Source: Myxococcota bacterium (GTDB lineage: Bacteria; Myxococcota_A; Polyangia; HGW-17). Taken from it: a DNA stretch of 64,000 nt. The DNA lies in assembly GCA_036802685.1 (NCBI GenBank), contig DAIRVS010000001.1, positions 14,804 to 78,803 of the forward strand. The letters are read 5' to 3'. The position numbers and the translations under genes are program-made. The notes under the pieces were generated by a model, which was not told where the DNA came from, searched no databases, and saw nothing but the letters and a program-made list of their open reading frames with translations. This document shows, in pieces, positions 48,406 through 57,610 of the stretch (the first letter of the stretch is position 1; every line of letters begins with the position of its first letter).

Positions 48406-49764
48406 ATGATCGACCTGCACGAACTGTTGCTGCGCGAACTGGGCCCCGAGGTCGTCTCCCGGGACCCGGAGCTGGTGCGGGCCTGCTCCCGGGACGAGAG
48501 CGAACAGGCGCCGTCGGTCCCGGACGCGGTGGTCGCGCCGGTGGACCCACTGCAGATCGAGCTGCTCCTGCGGCTGGCCGCCGAGCGTCGCTTCTTCGTG
48601 ACCCCCCGGGGCGCCGGCACCGGCAAGAGCGGCGGCTCGGTCCCCGTGCAGGGCGGGGTGGTCCTCACGCTCCACCGCATGGACCACGTCCTCGAGCTCG
48701 ACGCCGAGAACCTGCTGGCCGTGGTCGAGCCCGGCGCGACCTGCGAGCGCCTGCAGGCGGCCGCCCTGGAGGCGGGCGTCTTCTACCCGCCCGACCCCGC
48801 GAGCCTCGCCACCTGCAGCCTCGGCGGCAACGTGGCCGAGAACGCCGGCGGACCTCGGGCGTTCCGCTATGGGGTCACGCGGGAGTACGTGCTCGGGATG
48901 GAGGTCGTGCGCATGGGCGGGGAACGCTTCGACGTGGGGCACCGCCCGGTCAAGGGCGTGTCCGGGTACGACCTGACCGCGCTGCTCACGGGCTCCGAGG
49001 GCACGCTGGCGGTCTTCACAAAGTTGATCTTCAAGCTGGTCCCGCAGCCCGACGATCCGGGCCTGCTCGTGCTGTACTTCCCCTCCGTGCACGACGCCGT
49101 GCGCGCGGTCACCGTGCTCGTGCAGAAGCGCTTTTTTCCCATGACGCTGGAGCTGCTGGACCGGCCCAGTCTCGACGCCGCCCGCACCGATGACTTCACG
49201 CCCCCCGGGACCGCCGGTGGGGCGCTCTTGTGCGAGCTCGAGGGGCTCGCCGGAGACGAGGCGATCGGACAGTCGGTGCTCGACTGCCTGGCCGCCGCCA
49301 ACTGCTCACCGGAGGGCTTCGAACTGCGCACGCGGGAGCGGGACGCCGCCGTCGCCTGGGAGGCTCGCCGCGAGGTGAGCCGCCGCCTGAAGGAGCGCTG
49401 GGCGCACAAGATCAGCGAGGACGTGGCCGTTCCGCGAGCGCTGCTGCCGGAGCTGGTGCTCGGCGTGCAGGAGATCGCGGCGGACCTGGGCCTGGGCTCG
49501 GCCTGCTACGGCCACGCCGGGGACGGCAACCTGCACGTGAACTTCCTCACCGACGGCGCACCGACGGCGTTCCCCTTGGCCGTCGAGCGGCTCTTCCGCA
49601 TCACCCTGCTCCTGGGCGGCACCCTCTCGGGTGAGCACGGCATCGGCACGCTCAAGCGGCGCTTTCTGCCCGCCGAACACGCCCCGGCCGCCCTCGGGAT
49701 GTTCCGGGCCATCAAACAGGCCTGGGATCCCCTGGGGCTCCTCAACCCCGGAAAGGTGTTGTGA
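48406..49764 (+). CDS. FAD-linked oxidase (GlcD / D-lactate dehydrogenase family)
   Basis: The FAD-binding PCMH N-domain and C-terminal FAD-oxidase_C region are recognisable. ATG immediately follows the dapL TAG. Confidence 0.8.
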   Translation: MIDLHELLLRELGPEVVSRDPELVRACSRDESEQAPSVPDAVVAPVDPLQIELLLRLAAERRFFVTPRGAGTGKSGGSVPVQGGVVLTLHRMDHVLELDAENLLAVVEPGATCERLQAAALEAGVFYPPDPASLATCSLGGNVAENAGGPRAFRYGVTREYVLGMEVVRMGGERFDVGHRPVKGVSGYDLTALLTGSEGTLAVFTKLIFKLVPQPDDPGLLVLYFPSVHDAVRAVTVLVQKRFFPMTLELLDRPSLDAARTDDFTPPGTAGGALLCELEGLAGDEAIGQSVLDCLAAANCSPEGFELRTRERDAAVAWEARREVSRRLKERWAHKISEDVAVPRALLPELVLGVQEIAADLGLGSACYGHAGDGNLHVNFLTDGAPTAFPLAVERLFRITLLLGGTLSGEHGIGTLKRRFLPAEHAPAALGMFRAIKQAWDPLGLLNPGKVL

Positions 49765-49836
49765 ACCCGGACCGACGGCATTTCCGCGTGGCCACCGGAC
49801 AGGGTCGGTGCTACAACGGAAGAAGTCCGCGGGAGA

Positions 49837-51501
49837 GTGATCATGCGTCTTGTGGCCGGCCCCCTTTTGTCCCTCTGCCTGTTGCTCACCCTGGTCACGG
49901 GGTGTGAGAACGCGCGGTTCCAACCCGCCGGGAACAACGAAAACAACCAGACCGGCAACCTCACCCTGCGCTTCGACTCGCCCGCCTCCGGGGAGATCTC
50001 CCTGCTTGCCTCCACCCGCGTCGTGGTGGACTTGAGCGTGACCAACGCCCAGGGCGCGCCGGCACCAGGTGTGCGGCTAGCCTTTCGGTTGGTGGGCGCG
50101 GCCGGCGGCGCCACCCTGACCGCCACCGGCGCGACCTCCGACGGCACCGGGCGCGCCGCCTTGCAGATCGTCGCGGGAGCCAGCGCCGCCCACTTCGAGG
50201 TCCGCGTCGAACACGAGCGGGCCGTCCCGCTGGTGCTGGACGTGACCGTCTCCGCCTCGGGTCTCGTGCGGTTCCGGGTGGCCTTCCTCTATGAAGGCAC
50301 CTGGCTCCCGGAAGACCTCGCCGGACTGCAGACGGGGATCGTCTTCGGCAGCAGCTGCGACGAGCTTATGCCCTACACCGCGACCCTGGACCGCGCCCGG
50401 AGCCTGCCGTCCTGGTACACGCTGGTGGAGTACCCCGAGCTGCCCGTCGATCTCCCATTCGCCATCGTCGCCCGCGTCTTCGACGAGATCGGCCAGCCCC
50501 GCCTCGGCGGCTGCTTCGATCCCGCGCCTGACACCCTGATCCCGGACGCCACCGTCGATGTCGATCTGGTCCTCGAGGACTACTCCCGCCGGCTCGCGGG
50601 ACCCTGGAGCTTTCACGCGGTGCCAGAGGCCGAGAGCCTCCCCGACCGCGCCCGCGAGTTGTTCTCCGGCTGGCGTGACCTGGGCCGCTGCGGCTTCGGG
50701 CTGGCCCAGCGCACGCTGGACTGCCTGATCTCCCACCTCGAGGGGGGAGATCTGGCCACCTGCGGCGCCGGGATCCCGACGGACGACTCGACCTGGATCC
50801 GGGAGCGCCTCGGCGTCCCCGACGCCCAGGGTTGCCGCAACGGCCTGGATACCCTGGGCCGCACGAGCCTGGAGTCCCGCCTCCAGGACGCCCTCGCGTG
50901 GAGCGGACTGCAGGACCGGCTCGAGGGGTTCGAGGCCGCGCTGGCCTCCGAGTCCGCGGCCGACCTGCGCCTGTCGTGCCGGCTGGTGCCCGGGGAGAGC
51001 GCCCCGCGCCTGGAACTGGACTCCCTGCAGTGGCGGGTGGACGGACAATGGCTGGCCCGGACGGTGACGTCCGGCGCCGGACACGATCTCACCTGTCCCT
51101 GGACCGGCGAGCGCTGTGAGCTCGAGCCGTTCACTCTGACGCTGGAGTGGCAGAACCTCCTGATCGCCCACCTGCGGGATCTTTTCCTGGAGCCCGCCAA
51201 CCTCCCCCTCGACGGCGCGGAATTCTCCGCCCGCCTCCTCGAAGATGCTGCCGCGCTGGCTTGGCCCGGGACCGTGGCCCAGCGGCTCGCCGAGACCCTC
51301 GGGATCGTCCTGCCCGAGGAGACCTGGTCCCGCGCCCTCGAGCTCGTCGGACGGAGGCTGGTCAATCCTTCACAGCCCACCGGAGTTTCCGACTGTCGCA
51401 TCTCGGGTTCCCTGTGGATCCCGGACCGGGACCTGGACTCCTGGATCGACACGGTGGTGCCCGACCTGATCTTCACGCCGTGCGTACCCCCCTGCGATTG
51501 A
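49837..51501 (+). CDS. Hypothetical lipoprotein (554 aa)
   Basis: Signal peptide with lipobox LVTGC. GC3-rich. No recognised domain. Confidence 0.65.
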   Translation: MIMRLVAGPLLSLCLLLTLVTGCENARFQPAGNNENNQTGNLTLRFDSPASGEISLLASTRVVVDLSVTNAQGAPAPGVRLAFRLVGAAGGATLTATGATSDGTGRAALQIVAGASAAHFEVRVEHERAVPLVLDVTVSASGLVRFRVAFLYEGTWLPEDLAGLQTGIVFGSSCDELMPYTATLDRARSLPSWYTLVEYPELPVDLPFAIVARVFDEIGQPRLGGCFDPAPDTLIPDATVDVDLVLEDYSRRLAGPWSFHAVPEAESLPDRARELFSGWRDLGRCGFGLAQRTLDCLISHLEGGDLATCGAGIPTDDSTWIRERLGVPDAQGCRNGLDTLGRTSLESRLQDALAWSGLQDRLEGFEAALASESAADLRLSCRLVPGESAPRLELDSLQWRVDGQWLARTVTSGAGHDLTCPWTGERCELEPFTLTLEWQNLLIAHLRDLFLEPANLPLDGAEFSARLLEDAAALAWPGTVAQRLAETLGIVLPEETWSRALELVGRRLVNPSQPTGVSDCRISGSLWIPDRDLDSWIDTVVPDLIFTPCVPPCD

Positions 51502-51545
51502 CCCCGTCCCCACCCTTTTTTCAGCTTTCCGGGGTCGTTTTGGTC

Positions 51546-51574
51546 TTGACACCCAGAAAAAATCCAATAGTAAT
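51546..51574 (+). promoter_or_regulatory. Candidate sigma-70-like promoter for rpsD (TTGACA-N17-AGTAAT)
   Basis: Perfect -35 hexamer. Weak -10. Confidence 0.3.
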
Positions 51575-51584
51575 AGTTCAGCTT

Positions 51585-51614
51585 GCGGAGGCTGGCGTTT
51601 TTCCCTCCGCTTTT
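51585..51614 (+). promoter_or_regulatory. GC hairpin GCGGAGG-N12-CCTCCGC followed by TTTT in the rpsD leader (attenuator/terminator-like)
   Basis: Perfect 7-bp stem plus U-run. It sits 17 nt upstream of the rpsD ATG and ~84 nt downstream of the preceding gene stop. Confidence 0.45.
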
Positions 51615-51630
51615 CGAAAAGGTTGTATCC

Positions 51631-52245
51631 ATGAGTCGTTATATCGGTCCCCGTGTGAAAAAGATGCGTGCCCTGGGCCTGGATCTCCCCGGCCTCTCCC
51701 GTAAAACCATGCAGAAGCGTCCGTTCCCGCCCGGCCAGCACGGCCAGCGCCGCCGCGGCCGCCGTTCCGACTACGGCACCCAGTTGATCGAGAAGCAGAA
51801 GCTTCGCTACAACTACGGCCTCGGTGAGCGGCAGCTGCGCCGCCTCATGAAGGAAGCACGTCGCTCCAAGGCCGCCACCGGCGACAAACTGGCCGAACTG
51901 GTCGAGCGCCGCTTGGACAACGTGCTGTTCCGCGCCGGCTTCGCCCCCACGATCCCGGCCGCCCGCCAGCTCGTCAACCACTCCCACTTCCTGGTCAACG
52001 GGAAAAAGGTCAACATCCCGTCCTTCCGCGTGAAGGTCGGCGACGAGATCTCCTTGCGCCAGCGTTCCCGCGAACTGAAGGTCGTCGAAGCCTCCGTCGG
52101 TCAGCCTTCCCTGGCGATCCCCGACTGGATGGAGATCGACGCGGCCCGCCGGGTGGCCCGCATCCGCGCCCTGCCCACCCCCGAGAGCATCCCGTTCCAG
52201 GTGGATCTGCAGGCGGTCGTCGAGTACTACTCCAAGCGCATGTAA
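51631..52245 (+). CDS. rpsD: 30S ribosomal protein S4
   Basis: MSRYIGPRVKKMRALG...PGQHG...RLDNVLFRAGFA matches S4 throughout. Not flanked by alpha-operon genes. Confidence 0.9.
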   Translation: MSRYIGPRVKKMRALGLDLPGLSRKTMQKRPFPPGQHGQRRRGRRSDYGTQLIEKQKLRYNYGLGERQLRRLMKEARRSKAATGDKLAELVERRLDNVLFRAGFAPTIPAARQLVNHSHFLVNGKKVNIPSFRVKVGDEISLRQRSRELKVVEASVGQPSLAIPDWMEIDAARRVARIRALPTPESIPFQVDLQAVVEYYSKRM

Positions 52246-52324
52246 CCCCGAAGCCGCCCGGCTGCCGGAAGACAATCAAAAAAACGGAAACCAAAAAAGG
52301 TGAAGTGTGCCCGAGTGAATAGCC

Positions 52325-52360
52325 TGGACAGAGTGGACACAGTGGATACAGTGGAAAATC
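52325..52360. repeat. Four tandem 9-bp units TGGAYANAG in the intergenic region between rpsD and the STAND kinase gene
   Basis: tggacagag tggacacag tggatacag tggaaaatc. Confidence 0.5.
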
Positions 52361-52458
52361 TTTGGGTATTTAGCCGTAGTTCTAGCGACTGATCAGGGCA
52401 AGTCCACCAAGTCCACGGAAGACCGCGTCAGCGGTCTTCATGTCCACGCTCTCCGCTG

Positions 52459-55400
52459 TTACCCAGGACCGGCAGAGAGGAGCGCGCCGGCCTGCTCCAT
52501 GCCCCTGAAAAACCCGATGCGCGACGAGAGGGACAACGCGTTCTCCGCCCACTCTGTGCGCATGGGCAGGTCGAGCTCCCCAAGATGGAGGGTGTTCTCG
52601 ACCAGGCTGACCCGGTCGCCCGTGTGCAGCATGAAGTGCACCGTCTTCTTCAGGTGCTCCACGGCCTCCGGGCTCCGTTTCATCTGGATGTACATCCGGG
52701 CGAGCTGCTCGTGGAGGCGGCTGCACGCCAGGTGGGAGCGGGACACGAACGGCTTTTCGAGGGCGCTCATGCAGGTGTCGATCGCCTGCTCATGTTGACC
52801 GCGCAAGAACTCGAATTTCGCACATTGTAAATACAATCGCCAGGTCGAGAGCGGCATCCGCGGGATCCCCTCGAGCATGGCCAGCCCCATGCGCAGCTGG
52901 GTGATGCCCAGGTCGAAGCGACCCTTCTGCAACTCGATCTCACCGAAGTCGTGGAACACCCGGTACAGCACCTGGGGATCGCGGGCCTTCTGCGCCATCC
53001 TCGCTGCGCGGGAGATCAGATCTTCGGCGCGATCGTCCTGGGATGCAACCGCACAGCGGGCCAGGGAGGCCAGGATCACGGCCTCGCAGGACGCGCAGTC
53101 CACGCAGAACGTCAGGGCCTCACGCAGCACGGTCTCGGCAGCGTGGAGCTGGCCCGACCAGCGCAACAGATCCCCGTAGCGGGCGCTGATCTGCGCGTAT
53201 CGAAGCTCGTTCTTCCCGGACAGTGCGTCCATCTTGGCCAGCTCATGGGCCTTGCGGTAATAGAAGACCGCGCCCTGATCGTCGAGGCGGAACTCGCAAT
53301 GGGCGGCAGCGTGTTCGAAGTGCTTCGAGGCATCCTCGAGCCGGTGCGCATACAGGGCGTGGAACGCCAGCACGTGGGGATCGAGGCCGCCGGCGTGCTC
53401 GGACTCGAGGAGGGCCTCGTGGATCTCGGCGCGCAGCGTGGCAGGCATCTCCTCGAGGATCAGGCGGGCCAGGAGCGGGTGGGCCAACTGGAGGCTGACC
53501 TCTCCGGGGCCGATGATCCGGTTCAGGAAGCCGCGGCGCTCGCAGACGTCGATGGCGGCGGCGGCGTGGGAACCGGGACCCAGCGCGAACTCGGCCACCG
53601 AAATTGGGACAACGTTCCCGTAGATGGCGATCCACTGCAACAGGTGCTGGGCCTTCTTCGGCAGGCGCCGCACCCGCGTCTGCACCAGATCCGCCAGCCG
53701 CAGCCCCACCTCTGAGCCGCCCTCGGCCAGCAGCCTCATGCCCTCGACCAGGTGCAGCGGCAGCCCGCCGGCGGCGGAGACGAGAGAAGGGATCTGACCC
53801 TGCCACGAGCCGCCGTTGGCGGCCATGACCACGAACCCGAGATCCCGGGCGACGTCGTCATCGAGCCGCCCCAGCGGCAGGTGCTCGTAGAGCTCGGGGG
53901 GCATGTCGTCGGACACGAACAGGGGATGCTCGCCGGTGGTGATCACCTTGATGGGCAATCCCTGAATCATGAAATAAAGCTGCTCCAGCACGCGGCAGGA
54001 GGGCAGGTCGTACACGTCCACGTCGTGAAACACCAGCAGGGTCGGCCGACCGTGGGTGGCGGCGCAGAGGAACCGCGCCACCGAGGTGATCATCTCGCGC
54101 AGGCGCACCTGGAACTCCAGGGTCGGGGTGTCGGCGTCGAGCTCGAACAGGTGCAGGATGTGCGGCACGTCCTCGGGATCGAGCTCGAGGGCCATGCACA
54201 CGCCCAGCAGGTCGTCGAGGCCCGGCTGGTCGGGGAGCCCGGCCAACTGGCGGGCCAGCTCGCGCGCCGGCCACCAGGACCGCTGGCAGCCCATGGGATC
54301 GGGATCGACGTGATACACGGCCACGGGGATGGTGCCCAAATCGGCCAGCGCCGATCGCACCAGGGCGGTCTTGCCGATGCCCAGTTCCCCGGAGAGCTCG
54401 AGGTAGAGCCGATGGCTGCGCAGGAAGTCGGTGATCCGGATCTTCTCCCGGTCACGGCCGAAAATTGGCGCCTCGAAGGGCTTCTCCCGCAGGAGGATCC
54501 GCTCGAGGGTGTCGGCGGCGGCGGCGGGATCCTCGCCCCGGCCCGGCTGCGCCAGGGCGCGGTTGGTCGCGCCGCAGTGGGGGCAGAACTTGTGATCCGC
54601 CCGCATCTCCAGGCCACAGGCGGGACAGGGGACGTTCGCAGGCCCGGTCGAGAACTGCAGGAGCTTCTTGAACTCGGCGGCGCTCTGCAGACGCTCGGCC
54701 GGGTTCTTGGCCAGCGCGCGCTCGAGCACCAGGTCGATCTCCTTTGGCAGTTCGGGCGCCAACTGGGTGGGAGGCACGTGCCGCTTCTCGATGTGGGCCA
54801 GCAGCACGTCGAAGATCGCCGGCCCCGTGAACGGGAGCTGGCCGGTGATCATTTCATAGAGGATGATGCCGGCCGAGTAGAGATCCGAGGCCGCCGTGGC
54901 CGCCCCGCCCTTGATCGTCTCGGGAGACATGTACTCGGGGGTGCCGAAGATCTCGCCGTGCTGGGTGAGCCGCTGCTCGTTGGGGACCTGGTGGAGCGCG
55001 ATGCCGAAGTCGACGATCTTGCAGAAGTCCTCGCCCGAGCGCATGGACATGACCATGATGTTGTCGGGCTTGAGATCGCGGTGGACCACCTCGCGGCTGT
55101 GCGCCTCGTCGAGGGCCGAGAGGATCTGCCCGAAGATGTGCTGCGCCCGCTTCCAGGGCAGGCGGCCTTCCTTCTGGAGCACGCCCCCGAGGGAGGCACC
55201 CTTGATGAACTCGCAGACCATGTACGGAATGCCCGTGCGGGTGTCGCCGGAGGTGATCACCGACAGGATGTTCGGGTGTGAGAGCGCCCCAATGGCGGTG
55301 GCCTCCTTCTTGAAGCGGGCGAGAAAGCGGGCGTCTTGGGCGAATGCCGGCTTGAGCAGCTTGACGGCCACCGAGGAGCCCAGATCGATGTGCGCGCCGC

Positions 55401-55584
55401 GGTACACCCAGGCCATGGCGCCCTCCCCCACGAATTCCTCCATGCGATAGCGCTTTTCGATGACGGCGCCCACCAGGCTCGCACCGTCGCGCTGCGGAAG
55501 GTGGGTCAACGGACTGCGGCACTCCGGACACTCATGGAACGAGAGTCCGTTGGGCAGACGGCAGTTTTCGCAGACCCGGAACAT
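52459..55584 (-). CDS. STAND-type Ser/Thr protein kinase: zinc ribbon, Hanks kinase, second zinc ribbon, P-loop NTPase (AAA/NACHT-like), TPR-like C-terminal region
   Basis: CENC..CPEC; GEGAMAWVY; VAVKLL; HRDLKPDN; DFGIA; CPACG..CPHCG; Walker A GELGIGKT. A long helical C-terminus follows. Confidence 0.85.
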   Translation of the reverse strand: MFRVCENCRLPNGLSFHECPECRSPLTHLPQRDGASLVGAVIEKRYRMEEFVGEGAMAWVYRGAHIDLGSSVAVKLLKPAFAQDARFLARFKKEATAIGALSHPNILSVITSGDTRTGIPYMVCEFIKGASLGGVLQKEGRLPWKRAQHIFGQILSALDEAHSREVVHRDLKPDNIMVMSMRSGEDFCKIVDFGIALHQVPNEQRLTQHGEIFGTPEYMSPETIKGGAATAASDLYSAGIILYEMITGQLPFTGPAIFDVLLAHIEKRHVPPTQLAPELPKEIDLVLERALAKNPAERLQSAAEFKKLLQFSTGPANVPCPACGLEMRADHKFCPHCGATNRALAQPGRGEDPAAAADTLERILLREKPFEAPIFGRDREKIRITDFLRSHRLYLELSGELGIGKTALVRSALADLGTIPVAVYHVDPDPMGCQRSWWPARELARQLAGLPDQPGLDDLLGVCMALELDPEDVPHILHLFELDADTPTLEFQVRLREMITSVARFLCAATHGRPTLLVFHDVDVYDLPSCRVLEQLYFMIQGLPIKVITTGEHPLFVSDDMPPELYEHLPLGRLDDDVARDLGFVVMAANGGSWQGQIPSLVSAAGGLPLHLVEGMRLLAEGGSEVGLRLADLVQTRVRRLPKKAQHLLQWIAIYGNVVPISVAEFALGPGSHAAAAIDVCERRGFLNRIIGPGEVSLQLAHPLLARLILEEMPATLRAEIHEALLESEHAGGLDPHVLAFHALYAHRLEDASKHFEHAAAHCEFRLDDQGAVFYYRKAHELAKMDALSGKNELRYAQISARYGDLLRWSGQLHAAETVLREALTFCVDCASCEAVILASLARCAVASQDDRAEDLISRAARMAQKARDPQVLYRVFHDFGEIELQKGRFDLGITQLRMGLAMLEGIPRMPLSTWRLYLQCAKFEFLRGQHEQAIDTCMSALEKPFVSRSHLACSRLHEQLARMYIQMKRSPEAVEHLKKTVHFMLHTGDRVSLVENTLHLGELDLPMRTEWAENALSLSSRIGFFRGMEQAGALLSAGPG

Positions 55585-55728
55585 GTGGCCGGCACTCCTT
55601 GCAGCCTTCAACGCCATCCTGGCGAGGCCGAGCCTTCGAATCGTCGGGGGAAAGTCGAAGGTGAATCGAATATACCTAATAATTGGGTATAAACAAGACC
55701 CATTATGGACCTCCCTCGGAATGATTTT

Positions 55729-56301
55729 TTAGCGATGGAGGACGTGGACCTCGACGTCGGTGGGATCCCGGGACAGCAGGCTCATGGCGGTCAGCCCTCC
55801 CACGATCACGCCGACACCGGTCCAGAAAAGCCAGTTCCGATAAAAGGGCGGCGGTGCCGCGCCAACGCCGGGGCGGGTGCGGACGGAATCCGGCCGCTGG
55901 AGTAGGAGGACCAGCTCTTCGGCCAGTTGGCCCCGGGGACCGGGCACAGGGAACGGACCGGCGAAGACGTCCCGGGGTCCCTGAACGAACAGGCCGCGGG
56001 CAGTCAGGACCACCCAGCGGTCGAGGCGAAGTTGGAACCGATGTTTTTCCAACACGGCCCTAACCAACGGATCGGGATACTCTCCGACGGCCTGCAGCGT
56101 CGAGCGCAGCGCGGTCAGCCGGCCCTCGGGCAGCTCCCCCGGGGAGACGAGGCGCAGGCCCGGATGGAGCTGGAGCATCGTCCGGATCCGCTCGAGGGCG
56201 CCGGCGTCCCCAACCTCGAGGGGCAGGAGCGCCACCGACGGCCGCGGCTCCGCCGAGGGCTGGGAGACGAACATCAGACACAGGAACAGCCAGCTCGTCA
56301 T
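55729..56301 (-). CDS. Hypothetical secreted/membrane protein with C-terminal WLFWTGVGV TM segment
   Basis: Signal-like N-terminus. Shares the W.FWTGVG motif with the 28346 TPR protein. Confidence 0.55.
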   Translation of the reverse strand: MTSWLFLCLMFVSQPSAEPRPSVALLPLEVGDAGALERIRTMLQLHPGLRLVSPGELPEGRLTALRSTLQAVGEYPDPLVRAVLEKHRFQLRLDRWVVLTARGLFVQGPRDVFAGPFPVPGPRGQLAEELVLLLQRPDSVRTRPGVGAAPPPFYRNWLFWTGVGVIVGGLTAMSLLSRDPTDVEVHVLHR

Positions 56302-56334
56302 GATCGATCACCTGTACCGGGTGGGGGGAGCGCT

Positions 56335-57603
56335 TCAGCGGGGGTCGGCGTCCCCCGGGTAGCCCGTGAGGAAAAACAGATAGGAGGCGTTGGAGCCACC
56401 CACCACCAGCTCGGTCCCCGCGCCGGTCTTCAGCGGGAGGAGCGAGCTGCCGAAGTGCTTCTCGTTCTCCGGGGCCGACAGGACCGTCACGGGCTCGAGG
56501 GCGCCGGGGGAGGCCCCGTCCAGCTCGAAGATCTGCACCAGGCCGTTGCGGCCGGAGCCCGCCGGACGATCCGGCTCGCCGATGCACAGTTCGGGCCGTC
56601 CATCCGAGTCCAGGTCGATCAGGCCGGCGACGTGGCCGAGGTCCTGGGGCTCGTCGCTCAGGGTCCAGGTAGGAGTGGCGGGGTAGAGCTGCGTGCCCCC
56701 GTTCGAGGCCAGAAACACATAGGTGGCCTCGCAGACGCCCACGACCAGGTCCGTCTCGGCGTCCGCGTCGATCAGGCCCGTCGCCAGGGTACACACGAGC
56801 GGGCCCGGCGCACCGTCACCGCCCACCAACCGCTCGGGGGTGACCGCGGGGAAGTCGACCGTGAACGGCACCAGCAGCACGGTCCAGACCTCCTCCTGGC
56901 TTTCATCTGTGGTGTGCCCGCCCACGGCGATCACCGGATCACCGCCGAGCCTGAGCACGGACAGGAACGACTGGTTCCCGTGCTCGGTGAGCTCCTGGAG
57001 GCTGGGAACCTCGAAACCATCCGGATAACGGAAAAACCGAGAGGAGGCACTGTCGAGGGTCTCGTTGAAGACGGTCAGCCCCTGGGCAGAGGCGACGACG
57101 ATCTCCATGCCGCCCTCCCCGTCCAGATCCGCGACCGCCAGCGCGCTGCCGAACTCGGCGCCTCCGCTCACGGTGGCCTCGCGCTCGAGCTCACCGGAGC
57201 CGTCGGCGGGGTTGAACGAGAAGACGGTCACGCTCTGGTAACGGCCATCTGCGAGCACCGCCCGCCAGCGTCCGTCCGAGGCCGGCAGCGCGGCGATGGC
57301 GCTCACGGAGACGCCCTCGTCGAAGGTGTACGCCTGGCGCGACACGGTGCCTCCGGGCTCGAGGGTGAGCACGGCCAGGGGCGAGGTGCCGTTGCCCCCG
57401 GCGACCCAGACGTCGGAGACCACCTGACCCTGCTCGTTGAGCACGGGACTGACGACCTGCCCGAAGTTGGTACCGGAGAAGTTCTTGGGGGGCTCCACCG
57501 CCTGCACCGTGGCCCGCTCGGCCAGGTCATCGAAGACCCGCCAGTCGCAGCCGGCGCCCGCCAACACCAGGATCAGCACGAAGGAAGCAGCAAACGTCTT
57601 CAT
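56335..57603 (-). CDS. Lipoprotein with FG-GAP / integrin-alpha-like repeats
   Basis: Lipobox LAGAGC. FGSALAVADLDGEGGMEIVV and GLIDLDSDGRPELCIG match FG-GAP repeats. Confidence 0.7.
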   Translation of the reverse strand: MKTFAASFVLILVLAGAGCDWRVFDDLAERATVQAVEPPKNFSGTNFGQVVSPVLNEQGQVVSDVWVAGGNGTSPLAVLTLEPGGTVSRQAYTFDEGVSVSAIAALPASDGRWRAVLADGRYQSVTVFSFNPADGSGELEREATVSGGAEFGSALAVADLDGEGGMEIVVASAQGLTVFNETLDSASSRFFRYPDGFEVPSLQELTEHGNQSFLSVLRLGGDPVIAVGGHTTDESQEEVWTVLLVPFTVDFPAVTPERLVGGDGAPGPLVCTLATGLIDADAETDLVVGVCEATYVFLASNGGTQLYPATPTWTLSDEPQDLGHVAGLIDLDSDGRPELCIGEPDRPAGSGRNGLVQIFELDGASPGALEPVTVLSAPENEKHFGSSLLPLKTGAGTELVVGGSNASYLFFLTGYPGDADPR

Positions 57604-57610
57604 GGTCGCC

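Noticed and set aside
52418-52439. Hairpin GAAGACCGC-GTCA-GCGGTCTTC as an intrinsic terminator
   Set aside because: It is a perfect stem, but there is no U-tract on either strand. It cannot be called a canonical rho-independent terminator. It is mentioned only as a possible 3-prime structure.
55618-55728. AT-rich near-palindrome TACCTAATAATTGGGTA upstream of the STAND kinase as a defined operator
   Set aside because: It has two mismatches and there is no second copy in the window. It is probably just the AT-rich promoter of the kinase gene.
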